A stretch of DNA of 64,000 nucleotides from Eledone cirrhosa (GCA_964016885.1 OZ024746.1:56730001-56794000), one strand, 5' to 3'; numbered from the stretch's first letter, positions 1 to 14,479 are shown. A program made the numbers and translations. Notes: generated from the sequence alone by a model not told the origin.

Positions 1-65
<65 letters not shown>

Positions 66-608
66 GAGAATAGGATTGACTGAGTAGTTGCTATTTAAGG
101 TAGCTTAAAATGGAATTGGAATAAGTTGCCTACTGGGTGTCTCGGATATTTCTGCGCTTTAAAGACAAGATATCTACCACCCAGAGCGTCAATAACTGGG
201 TAAGTTATTGGGAGGAAGGCGGGGAGGGAAACGGAGGAAGGAGGGAAGGAAAAAGGAAATGACAAGGGAAGAAAAGGAAAACAGCGAAAAAAACAGCGAA
301 AAAAACAAAACAAACCGAGCAATGTGCGAGCAACTTAAGGTAAGAAAATCCAAGACCACAGCGATGAGAGAACTTAAGTTCAAGAGCATGTGGGTGAGTG
401 AAAAGATACATGTAAAAAGCATAGGAAAGCATACGAACTCTGAAACCAGTAAAGGAAATAAATAAAAAGTCCTTAAAAAGATTCCAGCTGCATTTTCAAT
501 TTCCTTTCCTTATACTTTCACCCGTTTAGGACATCTCGTTTCTTTTTATTAAATGAAAACTAATTATCTTTTCTCATATATATATGTATATGTATATATA
601 TATATATT

Positions 609-664
<56 letters not shown>

Positions 665-965
665 CTTGGCTGATTGTGTAATTCAGTTATAATTTCTCTG
701 ACTAACTGGTCTTTAATGTTGTGACCTTCCAATTGATTAAACAGTTTTATTCAATACATTTTTTTAAATATTTCAGTTTCAAGCAATTTATATTTTGTTT
801 GCATCATTAAATAAAATAATTCATTTCTCCGAATCCACCTATGATTATTACTAATTACTATGTAAATTGGTTTAGCAATTAGCACTTTATATAAATATGT
901 ATATATATTTCTACATATACACACACACACGGACATAGACACACGCACACTAACACACACACACT

Positions 966-1013
<48 letters not shown>

Positions 1014-1638
1014 CTGAGAGAAGGAGAGGAAGGTCAAACACAGAATGAGAGAGGTCGTTAAAAATACATTCGCAGGTGCGCACGTATTTACACACACACA
1101 GACATATATATATATGAATATGGGTGTGCGTGAGCACTCGTGTGTGTGTGTCTGTGTGTGTGAGAGAGAGCTCCTATGCGTATGTGCGTGTATGTGTGAG
1201 TACACACGTGCGTGCGTGTGTCTACGAATCAAAGCTGTTTTCCAATATCAGAAACAGTTTTTTTTTCATTTAAATTACTTTCTTCATCAATGAATATTGC
1301 AGGCATTTTTTATACTTTTAACATTATCCGATGTTAATAATATATTTCATTAAATTTGCTTTGTTTTGTGCTGTTTCTCTTGGGGGATCAAAACATCATC
1401 TAGTCACCTCTGTTCCTTTAATTAAAACATGTTATTAATTTTCCCCTAAATTTTTACCATCTAACTGCGTTCCTAATTATTAAATTCCATGACCGACCAT
1501 TTATAATTTAATTACAACAGAATCTAATGTTTTTTACGGAATTTAAACTTATTGTTTTACATTATTCACTTTACTAGTTATAAATCTTTCTATTTTATCT
1601 TCCTAACTCCTCTCAGTCAGCTGCGCGCGAGAATATAC

Positions 1639-1757
<119 letters not shown>

Positions 1758-2543
1758 AATATATATATATACATATATATATACATATATACATATATAC
1801 ATATATACATATGTATATATATACATATATATATATCTACATATATATATATACATTTTATATATATACATATATATATATATCTACATATACACACACA
1901 CACATATATATATATGTAAATCTCTGAACTCCAAGCCTGTTATTAGTGTTTCACTTTGACATCCTCTGGCTCCACATTCTGATATCTATCCTCTCATTAG
2001 ACGACTTTAAACATTTTAATTGATGGCCATCTTTAACATAACGATTCAAATGTATTTTAGAATTGAATATCATATCCATAGAGTTTTTTTTTTTCGCATT
2101 TGTTACATGCTCCAGGATGTCCACTTCTTTAATATTTTTTCTCTAGTAGTTTGTTGTCCCATTCTTTTTTCAAGAGAGAGTGGTGCAGAGTCCGTACAAT
2201 ACGCTAATTTTCCGATGAATTTTCCTGCAATACTACACTGTAATTTATGTATTAAGTTTACCACCATTTTCTGTTGTATTATGTAACGTATATTCGGGAA
2301 TTTTCTTTCCTGCTATCTCTTTATAGTCATATAAATATTTCAGTGTATCGTGAGCATGTTAAGGATAGAATTTGTTACTTTACATACTGAAAAGCGGAGG
2401 GAATAATTACATAGAGCCATTCCAAGCGGTGATATCTTCCGAAAGTTTTTCTACGCTGAGGAACCTGCTGAACGGCATTTCAAAGCCAGGTGTTGGTGCT
2501 TCACAGGGGAAGTTTATGTGAACCATTCAAAAAGGCATTTATA

Positions 2544-3490
2544 GGGCGGTGGTTAAAATCCCGTCGAGGTTAACTTTGCCTTTCATCCTTACGGGGTCGA
2601 TAAAATAAAGTACCACTGGGATATTTGCGGGGATAATACACTGGGATAATTGCTGGCCTTGTGCCAAAAATGGGCGGTGGATTGGCAGTATCGTTAGAGG
2701 GTCGGACGCCATGCTTTCCAGCATAGTTACGTCCCTTTACGATCTGAGTTCAAATCCCGCCGAGGTTGACTTTGCCTTTCATCCTTACGGGATCGATAAA
2801 ATAAATTACCAGTTATGCACTGGGTAATTGCTGGCCTTGTGCCTAAAGTAGAAACAATTATTATAGGGCGGAGGGATGATGAGGATTGGCAGTATCGGTA
2901 GAGTGTCGGACGCCATGCTTTACAGCACAGTTACATCCCTTTACAGACTGAGTTCAAATCCCGTCGAGGTTAACTTTGCCTTTCATCCTTCCGGAGTCGA
3001 TAAACTAAAGTACCAGTAATGCACTGGTTAATTGCTGGCCTTGTGCCAAATATAGTAACAATTATTATAGGGTGGTGGATTGGCAGTATCGTTAGAGTGT
3101 CGGACGCCATGCTTTGCAGCATAGAGCTACGGTCCTTAACCGTCTGAGTTCAAATACCGCTGAGGTTAACTTTCCCTTTCATCCTTACGAGGTCGATAAA
3201 CTAAAGTGCGAGTAACGTACTGTGGCCCATTTAATCAACTTTCCTCTTCCCCCAAATTACTGGCCTTGTGCCTATACTAGAAATCATTATTATAGGGCGG
3301 TGGATTGGCAGAATCGGTAGAGCGTTGGACACCCAGCTTCGCAGCATAGAGTTACATCCCTTTATATTCTGAGTTCAAATTCCGCCGAGGTTAAATTTGC
3401 CTTTCGTTGTCATGGGGTCGATAAAATAAAGTACCAGTAACAGACTGGGATAATTGCTGGCCTTGTGCCAAAAAGTAGAAACTATTATTA
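2544..3490 (+). mobile_element. Head-to-tail array of ~5 tRNA-derived SINE copies
   Basis: Repeated ~190-225 bp unit: GGGCGGTGGATTGGCAGTATCGG (A-box-like), CTGAGTTCAAATCCCG (B-box), GCCTTTCATCCTT-CGGGGTCGATAAAATAAAGTACCAG central block, GGCCTTGTGCC...AGAAAC tail. First unit is internally deleted. Confidence 0.85.
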
Positions 3491-3504
3491 TCAGTAGAAG
3501 CAAC

Positions 3505-3780
3505 TATAATCATCATCAACATCATCATCGTCATCATCGCCTTTACCTGGTCTTCATTAACAATGTTATGATCAATATCCCTATTATCATTATCATTATT
3601 ATCTTTACTATCATAATCATTATCATCACCATCACCACCTTCATCACATTCATAATTATCACTATAATCAACATCATCACAGCAATCATTTCATCACAGC
3701 CATTATCATCACCATCGTCATCACAATCATTAGCATCATCATCGTAGTCCTCCAACATATCATTATTCTTCTCCACCTCC
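3505..3780. repeat. Degenerate (CAT)n microsatellite
   Basis: Runs of catcat/attatc seen directly. Confidence 0.9.
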
Positions 3781-4825
3781 GCACTCGATCGATCCTCATT
3801 ATGATTATATAATCACTATACGTGTCTTAGTATGTCAATGTAAAATGAAAGCCGTAAAATAATATCTCCAGACTTAACTGGTCCTACAGACAATTATGTG
3901 AGAGATTGTCGAAATGAACCTTATGTATATACGCACATAAAGCCAAACACAAACTAAGGCAGCCGAACACACTCACACATACACACTCACACATACATAC
4001 ACACACACAAAAGGACACACAGAGGCTATTACATACATTTCAAATAATACACACAAACTCAGGAATAGAGTGGCACACAAATATACACAAAAACACAGGA
4101 TTAACATGCACAAATACACATGAACACAACAACATACTCGCACAACAGCACACATATATGAGAAAACATACACAGTTACGCATAAATAATAACATACATG
4201 CACAATTGCATATGTAAGCACAAGCACATGTACACCTATGTACACATTCAAATATAGACTCCCGCACACATACTCACAAACAAACAGGCACACAAATACT
4301 ACAAATATAGGCATCAACGCAAACTTATATAAAGAAACAGTGTCACACATAATGCTGCATACACAGAAATACACACAAAAAGAAGCATATGGACGTTCTA
4401 AGCCACATACACATATATACACAAATAAACCGCACACATACATATAGTACTATCAACGTTTGGTAGAAGACAGCTCCAGTAAATTTCCCGCCTCCATCCT
4501 AACATGTCACAGTAATGATTATTCCAAGTTGGTTTATTACCTGCCAGGCCAGCCATCTTGGCAAGTTAATTGACTCAAACAAGAAACTAGTATGTGTATA
4601 TATATATGTAGGTATGTCAATATGTATGTATGTATATGTATGAATGTATATATGTATGTATGTATGCATGTATATATATGTATGTATATATATATGTATG
4701 TATGTATGTATATATATGTATATATGTATGTATGTATGTATGTATCCAATGATGTATATATATATGTAAGTATGTATGCATGTATATATATATGTGTATC
4801 TATGTATGTATATATATATATCATC

Positions 4826-5040
4826 AGGCATTGCTTTATATCTGGTGATCTCTCTTCACGTGTCGTCACATGGTATCATCGGCCCAGCACTATGTGACAA
4901 TAATTGTCACAGGTGTAGTGTTTGTACCAGAGTTTTCAAGTCGCTGGCTGGACTAAAGTCACACTCGTTCAGCGCATCGGTAGGGGTTCCCCTACATGGA
5001 TATAAAGTATTGGCCGTACTCGAAAACGAGTTGGCAGCCA

Positions 5041-5087
<47 letters not shown>

Positions 5088-5430
5088 TGTATGTATGCAT
5101 GTATCCAATTATGTTGACTTGTTCTTCTTTTTAGTAAATATCATCTTGGTTAAGAGAGTGGGACTGGCTTTATGCAGTGCCTTTGCTCACTATAAAAGCT
5201 TCACGACACAGGCATTGCTTTATATCTGGAGATCTCTCTGCACTTGCCGTCACATGGTACCATGGGTCCAGCACTATGTGTTAATAATTGTCACAAGTGT
5301 AGTGTTTGTACCAGAGTGTTCAAGTCGCTGGCTGGACTAAAAAGTCACACTCGTTCAGCGCATCGGTAGGGGTTCCCCTACATGGATATAAAGTAGTGGC
5401 CCTACTCGAAAACGAGTTGTCAGCCACCAT
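4826..5430 (+). mobile_element. Two tandem 3' fragments of an RTE-like non-autonomous element
   Basis: Block encoding CxxCSVCTRVFKSLAGLKSH (C-terminal Cys/His motif typical of RTE ORF ends) followed by GGCCGTACTCGAAAACGAGTTGGCAGCCACC occurs twice; matches 41835-42170. Confidence 0.65.
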
Positions 5431-6351
5431 GTATGTATATATATATAATCATATATATATATGTATATTTGTATGTATGTATGTAGCAATCTATGTATGT
5501 ATGTATGTACGTATCAGTTTATGTATCTATATATGTAAGCACGTATGTATTTAGGAACGTCTGCATGTATGCACGTACATATTTATGTATATATATACAT
5601 ATATATATATATACAGTATTTTCCGTTGTGTTGTAATATAAATATTACACACAGTAGATTATCAGCTCACGGATAGACACATGGACTAGAGTATGTATGT
5701 ATATATGTGTGTGTCTATACGTGTGTATATAAAGATAAGTTGAGTATGAAAATGTATACACATGAGCGCGTATGTATGTACATGAATACATGTGTGTATA
5801 TATATGTGTATGCATGTGTATATATATGTAAGTATGAATATGTGAATTGTGAGTATATGTATTTTGTAGAGGTGTGCAAATATATTTGTGTGTGAATGCG
5901 TGGGTGAAAGGATACGTACACTTGAAAGAAAAATTTAAGTCTGAATGTTAATTAAGTGCAAACACAAAACCAACCACGCATATCTTTACTATCTCTAATC
6001 CTTCTATAGATTTAGAAAAATAACCAATAATATATTCTATAAAAAATGTCAAAACAACAGATGGGAATCTAATTACTCACTGCCACCAAGAATTCTCACT
6101 GCTATCGAAAAACCACTCCTTCAACTATTCTTCTAACAACTTCACCCCTCCCTCCTAATATTCTCTATAAAAACTAAATAGGTCCTCAGTAATATTATTC
6201 TGATGAAATGACAGTAAATAATAACATTGAAATATTGAATGTCTGCATAACTAAAAGTTTGTAGATAGCAGCTGTTTTAGGTTATGTAACTGTTATAGAA
6301 ACACGTGTCAATAAATTCCTTTCAACTAAACTGTATCCATTCAAATCTTTC

Positions 6352-6519
<168 letters not shown>

Positions 6520-6660
6520 TGTATGTGTGTGTGTATGTGAGTGTCGCAGCGTGCGTGTGTGAGTGTGTGTGTAGATAGTACTCAGAAATGACTATGCAAA
6601 CGAAAGGGTACACTGAAGAAACATAGTACTTTAACGCTTGAAATAACAGGAAAATATCCG

Positions 6661-6689
6661 TAACGTTTCGGACACTATTACTTCATCAT
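6661..6689 (-). ncRNA. Decayed minimal hammerhead motif
   Basis: Minus strand ATGATGA-agta-atagtg-tcc-GAAA-cgt-TA; first core base mutated and stem II broken; same layout as 38299-38336 and 27666-27693. Confidence 0.4.
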
Positions 6690-6702
6690 AAAATAGGATA
6701 AT

Positions 6703-6800
<98 letters not shown>

Positions 6801-6903
6801 GTTTGTGTGTGTGTGTGTGTATACACACGTATAATTTAGTATATATATATATGGAAAAAATTAAGCGGAATTTCATACTTATATATAAATTGAAACGAAA
6901 TAC

Positions 6904-6960
<57 letters not shown>

Positions 6961-7049
6961 TGTATATGTATATAATTGTATAACTTTATATGTATTTACA
7001 TCCTTATGCCTATATGTATATATAGATGCGCACACACACACACACACAT

Positions 7050-7083
<34 letters not shown>

Positions 7084-7084
7084 T

Positions 7085-7160
<76 letters not shown>

Positions 7161-7552
7161 ATATACATGTGTATGTAGGTGCATCATCAGACATGCTTCT
7201 TTTGCACATTTAATTTCCATATCATCATATCAGACGTGTACATCAGTGAACATTGCCAGAAGTCTTCTCACTATGAAAATAATCCCCTTAGGATGTCTTT
7301 GAAATAATGATATATATTGTCTTTGTTTGGTTATAACCTGAACTTTTACCAATAATACTGACCTATATTCCAAATAAACATATTCTTGTTTTTTATCTCC
7401 TTTTTTCAACGTGATGCAAGTAAATCTTACGCATACGGTAAATGTATGGAAAAACACATACACACACGTACACACTAACTCTCACCAGTGCACACACACA
7501 CAGGCATATATATAGAGATATAGATATATAGATATAATAGATATATATATAT

Positions 7553-7601
<49 letters not shown>

Positions 7602-7710
7602 CATATATATATATATATGTACATATATATATATATATATAATATATATATATATATACACATACAAACATACATACATATATATATCTATCTATTCATA
7701 CACACTCTCA

Positions 7711-7802
<92 letters not shown>

Positions 7803-7803
<1 letters not shown>

Positions 7804-8165
7804 ATCCTGGGTTCAATCGCGGGTAACCACAGTAAGTAAGGTACTCAATACATAACAGAGTATACATATTTAATATTTATCTCAGTTAAATAAAGCAGAG
7901 CCGCGCTATACTGTCGTAAACAGACGATTGCCAACGAAAACACGACCACAACAATATTACTAAACGGACTACAGTCCGTTTAGGATAGAAATAGCTTCTA
8001 CAGGACTAGAAGTGTTTCATTCAAAAGAAATCACCAGGAAAGCCCAGATGGTTTATTTTGAATAAAACAATTGTAAACGTTTCTATATTAAATATGATAT
8101 TTACACATCTACTATTGTTTGGAATACTTTACTGACTGTGGTTAATACCGATTGAACGTTGAACT
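7803..8165 (-). mobile_element. Family A hammerhead-bearing fold-back element (decayed)
   Basis: Homologous to 9511-9659 and 38614-38797; decayed HHR at 7995-8040 (minus: ttc CTGGTGA tttcttttgaat GAAA cac ttctagtc ctg TA gaag); degenerate inverted arm at ~8080-8165. Confidence 0.65.
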
Positions 8166-8624
8166 CACTCACACACACACTCTCACAAAGATATATATAT
8201 ATATGTATGTATATATGCCTGATTATACATGCGGGCTGAGGTATGGCAGTGTTTAAGGACGTCGCTTAGCAGTGATCTGGTTCCTGGTTCGTTGAACATC
8301 GTAAATTATGTTCTACAGTTGCCTCGTAGCCTTGTTTTGACCAATTGTTTGTTTGGCAAATACTAATCTTTTCCAGCTCCGTGAACTGCAGCAACTTGTG
8401 TTAACCAGCAATACGAAACATTTCCCGACGTATTTTCTTCTATCGGAGAATCTTACTGTTATCCGACTTAAAACTATTGGCACCTGACCTCCTGGAATCA
8501 CCAACCCTGTTGTACCAGGCATGTGTATGTGCTGCAGATATCCCCCACATACAATCAAACAAACATTATTCACATTATGCATTGATTGTTCTCTGTATTC
8601 CCTTCTAACATCTAACTAGACTCG

Positions 8625-8677
<53 letters not shown>

Positions 8678-8791
8678 GCGGTGCCCAGCATGGCCTCAGC
8701 CGGATGGCTGAAACAGGTAAAAGAGTATATATATATAAGTATAATAAAATAACAAGAGGTTGGACTGGTGTTATTCCTTAAAAGGTTTATT

Positions 8792-8849
8792 ATACTATGA
8801 TCATTTCAATGACCGGGTTCAGTATGAATCCGGTGACATCATCAGGTAT
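8792..8849 (-). ncRNA. Type I hammerhead ribozyme (family E)
   Basis: Minus strand ATAC-CTGATGA-tgtcaCCGGATTCA-tac-TGAACCCGGtcatt-GAAA-TGATCA-TA-GTAT: intact core, stem I ATAC/GTAT, long stem II, palindromic stem III, UA cleavage site. Confidence 0.8.
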
Positions 8850-8940
8850 TCGAAATATAACAAAGGAATATAATAAACAAAATCCATGCGGCTGAAAATC
8901 AGAGACAGTTTTTTCTATCCAGTGGTCAACCAACACACCA

Positions 8941-8973
<33 letters not shown>

Positions 8974-9286
8974 TATAAACCACGGTTTAATATATTATTT
9001 ACTTTCAAATGCAGTAAGAAGTAGCATTTTATTCCTCTGTATTGAATTCTTCGGAATCACACCAAAATGATTGACCAAAAATTCAAATGTCTCCAAACAC
9101 TCCGAGATTTTATAATACAACAATTACTGGAAATTTACAAATCAGATTATACTCTGAACTGTTTTTTTTTACAATTTTACTGGGGACAATACAATAAAAT
9201 AACTTTCAAGCTTTGAATATCTCTTTCCTTATATATTTGTATTATAAACTTATCTAATCTACCTGATATATATATATATATATATA

Positions 9287-9480
9287 TAGGAACAAGTGAG
9301 ACCCCGACGGCTGAGCTCAAACCGTTTCGACGGCTAATTCTGGACATTAGGATTAGCCGTCGAAACGGCTTGAGCTCAGCCGTCGGGGTCTCACTTGTTC
9401 CTATTACCCACTCTACTACCCTAAGTATTGAGTACTTTGGTGCGTTATGGTCCACCTGGTTCCTTACCACATTTCCTTCG

Positions 9481-9482
<2 letters not shown>
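9287..9482 (+). mobile_element. Family B fold-back element carrying a half-hammerhead
   Basis: Hairpin 9287-9403 (axis ~9345) plus ~80-nt tail, between (TA)n tracts; contains GAAA-CGGCT-TGAGCTC-AGCCG-TC at 9362-9384. Confidence 0.8.
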
Positions 9483-9510
<28 letters not shown>

Positions 9511-9513
<3 letters not shown>

Positions 9514-9659
9514 TAACCAGGCTTCAATCGGGCGTAACCACAGTAAGTAAGGTACTCAATATGTAGCAGACTATAAATATTTAATATAGAAATGATTTCT
9601 ACATGACTAGAACTGTTTCGTTCGGAAAATTCATCAGGAATGATGATTTCTTCCGAATA
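9511..9659 (-). mobile_element. Family A element with hammerhead and short fold-back
   Basis: Minus 9597-9640: ttc CTGATGA attttccgaac GAAA cag ttctagtc atg TA gaa; followed by a short inverted copy tgatgatttcttccgaat. Confidence 0.75.
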
Positions 9660-9670
9660 TATATATTATA

Positions 9671-9706
<36 letters not shown>

Positions 9707-9750
9707 CAGCGCGTGTGTGTGTGTGTGTGTGGGTGTATGTGTGTGGGTGT

Positions 9751-9897
<147 letters not shown>

Positions 9898-10913
9898 CGT
9901 GCGTGCGTGCTTGTACGTGTCAGTGTTTGTATTTGAATCATTCAATATTTATTATATATCCTGGCATTACTCTGTGAATAATTTATTTCGATAAAATGTG
10001 TACTAGGGTCACTATGACTAACTAACTCACCTTAAGTTTATCCCTCAGCAAGGCTGCGATGTAATGACTGAAACGAATAAAAGAATAACAAAATATAAGA
10101 ATGATTATATTTGAAACAACTAAGAATTTGACATTGGTTCTCATTCATTCCATGCTGCTAGGAATAGCGCCAGTCAATTATCTTAAAACGAGGCTCTTCG
10201 TCACATAAGGTTAAACTCATTAACCGTTTAAAATATAGCTTCTTATATATTGCAAGAATACGAAGAAGACCTTACATCTCAATCAGCAAACCAATATATT
10301 TACATAAATGTAAGGTACGTTTTCACTATTTTATTATCTTCACGATATACTAATATTTCGTTTGGAAACATTTCAGATTGATATACACCGTGTCATCTCC
10401 AAGCCAATTATTTAATTATAATTAATTAATTAAGGAAACGATATGGGGGTGGTTTAATGTTATTAGATATGATATATTTCACGTTATAATTCCATGGTGT
10501 CAAGTTAACGAAATTTCCTATTCAATTATGAATGCGATACAGCATATAATGTGATATATGATATGATTATAACATGGAATTGTTTGATGATAATGCTATG
10601 ATGGACTTTCAAATGGATTATTGTGCAATAAACACCAGTTCATCTTCTAAAATATAATATGTACTGCACATAGAGTAATTACGTGCGCACACACTAACAA
10701 CAATGTCACTAGCAAAGACAGATATACATATATATGTATATACATAAGTGCATATATATGTGTATGTATGTATGGATGTGTGTATATATGTACATATACA
10801 TGTCTGTGTATGTATGTGCATGTATGTATGTATTTATGTGTGTATGTACGTACGTATATATATATATATATAAGGATAGAAACAGTTTAAAATTAGTTAA
10901 ACCATTACTCAAC

Positions 10914-11003
10914 TGAGTACTCGATGCTTGCGGTAGTACGATATGTCTATATTATAAAGATTCCGGTCCCGACGGCTGAGCTCTTGCGTTTCGACAGCTA
11001 TAA
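10914..11003 (-). mobile_element. Diverged single-arm family B relic
   Basis: GAGTACTCGATGCTTGCGGTAGTA tail and CCCGACGGCTGAGCTC...CGTTTCGACAGCT align to family B. Confidence 0.6.
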
Positions 11004-11049
11004 TTTTACTTTATATCTCCTTTATGCTTTGGATTTCATCGACTACTCT

Positions 11050-11610
11050 GTGGTTTACTTAGTTTAAAGAGAGACATATACGGATGTATAGAGCTTATCA
11101 GGCATTGCTTGAAGACATTTTTCTATGGGTCTTTTGAAGTTGTGGGGGAATTGTTTTGTTCTGTCGTGATATGCTTTTGTATGATGACCAGTTGAAATGA
11201 AATAGCTGAGTCTTAATGGTATTATATAATGTGTGTCCAGTTTTGACATGGAGACGAAGACATTGTTGGATTTTGAAGTTGATGTTTGAACAATATTGAT
11301 GGAGGATTTTCTACATTATACAAATGATATAGCATTCACAGGCTTGTTAAAGATGTTAAGCTTTCTTTGTTTACTCTTGTAATCAAAGCATTTCGCGTCG
11401 TCTGGGTTCTTCAATTTTAAAAATAATCTGATGGCAATTTCATTGTGCAAAATTAATGAAGTCAGACCGAGGTTAAAAGAAAGAGCATGAATATCTATAG
11501 ACCGAATAATTTTAATAATGCAGCAGGCCTTGTCAACATTGATCTTTATGTGAGTACTGCAAATGTTTTTGTAATCGATAATCTACTCCGAGGACTTTAC
11601 TTGTCTGATG
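11050..11610 (-). pseudogene. Highly decayed non-LTR retrotransposon RT C-terminal fragment
   Basis: Minus strand reads VLGV / IID...HIKINVDKACCIIKII across a frameshift, resembling the K-LGV-ID...HI...KA RT-thumb pattern of LINEs. Confidence 0.35.
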
Positions 11611-12404
11611 AACCAAGGTATCACACGATTGAAGAGAATATGGTAACATAAATGCAATACCTTTTGAACAGTAGATTATATAAATCATTTCGTTATTTAT
11701 TAGCATGATTTTTTTCTGTCCTGTAAATAACAGGAAACAGATAGATCTCCGACCAGTGCATTACTGGTACTTTATGTTATCGACCCCGTAAGGATGAAAG
11801 GCAAAGTCAAAATAATGAAGTTAATTGCGTCCAATGCACTGACTTTAAGGACAGCACTAATGTTCTAGATCATATTCCTTTAATCACACCACACTCGGTG
11901 TTGGTGCCCTATTAAAACTTTAATCCATTATAGTAGCTTCTCACAGACGCCAATGTTGTGATCATTTCTTCAAAAGGATGGGTGATCAAATTCAAGACAT
12001 ACACTATCCTCAAAACCTTTAGAATTTTATCAGGATGATATAAAGCTGAGTTAAACTGGTTAGAATTCAGATAAATGTTGCTGTCGAGGAAGTGAGGTAC
12101 GACTGGAAATATGAGAAGATATATCGGAGAAAAGTTGCCCGAATTGTTACACGAGAAGCAGGAAAAGTTACGTATAATTTCGTTAAGATCAAAACTGTGT
12201 TAGAGAAAGACAAAGAATTTTCTCATTTTCTCAGTGTATATGGGCCGTGGCATGAATTATTTTCATCTGTGTCCTTATTGAATGCGCCTGAACTAGTAAT
12301 TTAAGTGTTGGATTTACGATCATAAGATCGTATTTTTGATTCCCTGACTGGGCAGCGCTTTATTTTTGTTCAGGAGAAAAATACTTAGTTTTACTTAATG
12401 GTTT

Positions 12405-12616
12405 CTTATATAGGCACAAGGTCAGCAATTTTAAGGTAGGGGAAAGTCGATTAAATCGACCCCAGTTAGTGACTGGTACTTTATTTTATCGACCTCATAA
12501 GGATGAAAGGCAAAGTTAACCTCGGCGGGATTTGAACTCAGATCATAAAGGGCCGTAACTCTATGCTGCAAAGCATGGCATCCGTCCTTTACCCGATACT
12601 GCCAATCCATCGCCCT
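12405..12616 (-). mobile_element. tRNA-derived SINE (same family as 2544-3490)
   Basis: Reverse complement of the full unit including B-box and central block. Confidence 0.85.
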
Positions 12617-13587
12617 CACTTAGTTTTACTTAATATTACTGCTGCTCCTTCACTCAGGATTTGCGTCTGGCATATAATATAATACATGACAAGACCAGTA
12701 GAACCATTGTTTCCATTGTCAAATATTATGCTCGGCTAATCTTCTCAACATGTTAGTGTAGTTGTGCTGCAGATTTCATTGATATGAAATCGTTTTAATC
12801 GACTTTGGATGAAACATGCTTCATTAATTACTATACAATATTTTAATTTCAATATGTGCTTTGTAATGTGTATGTTCATTTATTTTAATTTTAGGACAGA
12901 ATATGAAGAATATTTAGATGCTATTTATAACAAAGACAGGTAGAACTGAATGGCCTCGCAGCTGATTATTTAATAACTGTCCTCGTGTATGCTAGCAGTA
13001 AGCAAATGTATACATCATATGTTAACGCAGGGATATATAGATTTCATAGAGAAAACGAAGTTTGTATCCATATCTGATAGAATAGTAATTGATGAAATTT
13101 TCACCAGTTCTTGACAAACATGGTGAAAGCTGTCAAAAATGTTACAAATGTTGATAGATGATGTTAAGTTCAATGAATTGATATGATTAGTGCCAGAAAA
13201 ACCACGCATCAAACATCGTTGAAATTGTTTAGATTGTAGAGGTCAATAACTTTGATGTCATATTTTTCAAATGAACGCCAAACATTCAAAATGTTTATTC
13301 AAAAGAATGTTGCTGCTGAGCACCAAGTATAATTGTATTAACCAAATATATGCAGGAAGAAGGAAGGTTTTTCAGACATGACAATTCAATCCTTTTGTTT
13401 CATTAATAATACACAGCAGTCTACATTATCCAATTTGGCTTGAAATTCATTTTTAATTGATTTGTTTGTAGGAGGGAGTGGATTCAATTGTTTTAAGAGG
13501 CTTTAGTAAAGACAAAATGTGCGATTTACACGACATATATACATCTAGCCGGTTCTGGGAGGTGAAGAGACACTTGTGGATTAAGTA

Positions 13588-13777
13588 ATTGTTTCTACTT
13601 TTAGCAGAAGGCCAGCAATTATCCCAGTGTATTACTGGTACTTTATTTTATCGACCCCGTAAGGTTGAAAGGCAAAGTTTACCTCGGCGGGATTTGAACT
13701 CTGACCATAAAGGGCCATAACTATTTGCTGCAAAGCATGGCGTCAGACCCTCTACCGATACTGCCCATGCACCACCG
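13588..13777 (-). mobile_element. tRNA-derived SINE
   Basis: Reverse complement of the same unit. Confidence 0.85.
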
Positions 13778-14260
13778 TGGATTAAGTAATGTGCGATAGA
13801 ATCTTGTATACTAAAATAAATTAAACATTTTGGGCATAAAACTTTTTTGTACAATACGTATTTAAGTTTAATTTATATGAAATTAATGTGACAACATTTG
13901 TGGAAAGAAAGGAATAATGAATTAAAGGGACATCCGTCCGCTAGAATTCCTAGCAGTTTCCATGAGATTTGATTGACTCTTACGTTTGTGAAAGAAGTCA
14001 TGGAGTTTGAACGAACCCGATAATTCATAATTGCGAAAAATTATTTCACAGAAGCCAAACATGCCTACCTCGACGAATAAAATATAATATTAAGTCTTTA
14101 GCATATTTGCATATAAATGTATGTTTAAAAATATATATAAGATATAGCATATTGTGTAATCATATATTGATGTTATGTTTAAACAATGACACATGTAAAC
14201 GGTCAGGCGTACATACATACGTATATATTATCAGACATACAAACATACTTATTTAGAAAG

Positions 14261-14296
<36 letters not shown>

Positions 14297-14356
14297 CGGC
14301 GCGTAGAAATAAGCAAACTCAATTTCCGATTTGTGTGGCAAGCGCTCCATGGACCA

Positions 14357-14479
<123 letters not shown>

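Noticed and set aside
1915-2520. pogo/Tigger-like decayed transposase
   Set aside because: No clear motif or terminal repeats.
2673-2790. tRNA gene suggested by A- and B-boxes
   Set aside because: No cloverleaf; continues into SINE body and is multicopy.
8330-8580. Possible host exon
   Set aside because: Acceptor-like sites exist but frames hit stops and no peptide is recognisable.
12700-13530. hAT transposase C-terminal remnant on minus (YP..I..LLTAS, ERL)
   Set aside because: Only scattered residues; cannot be supported without a search.
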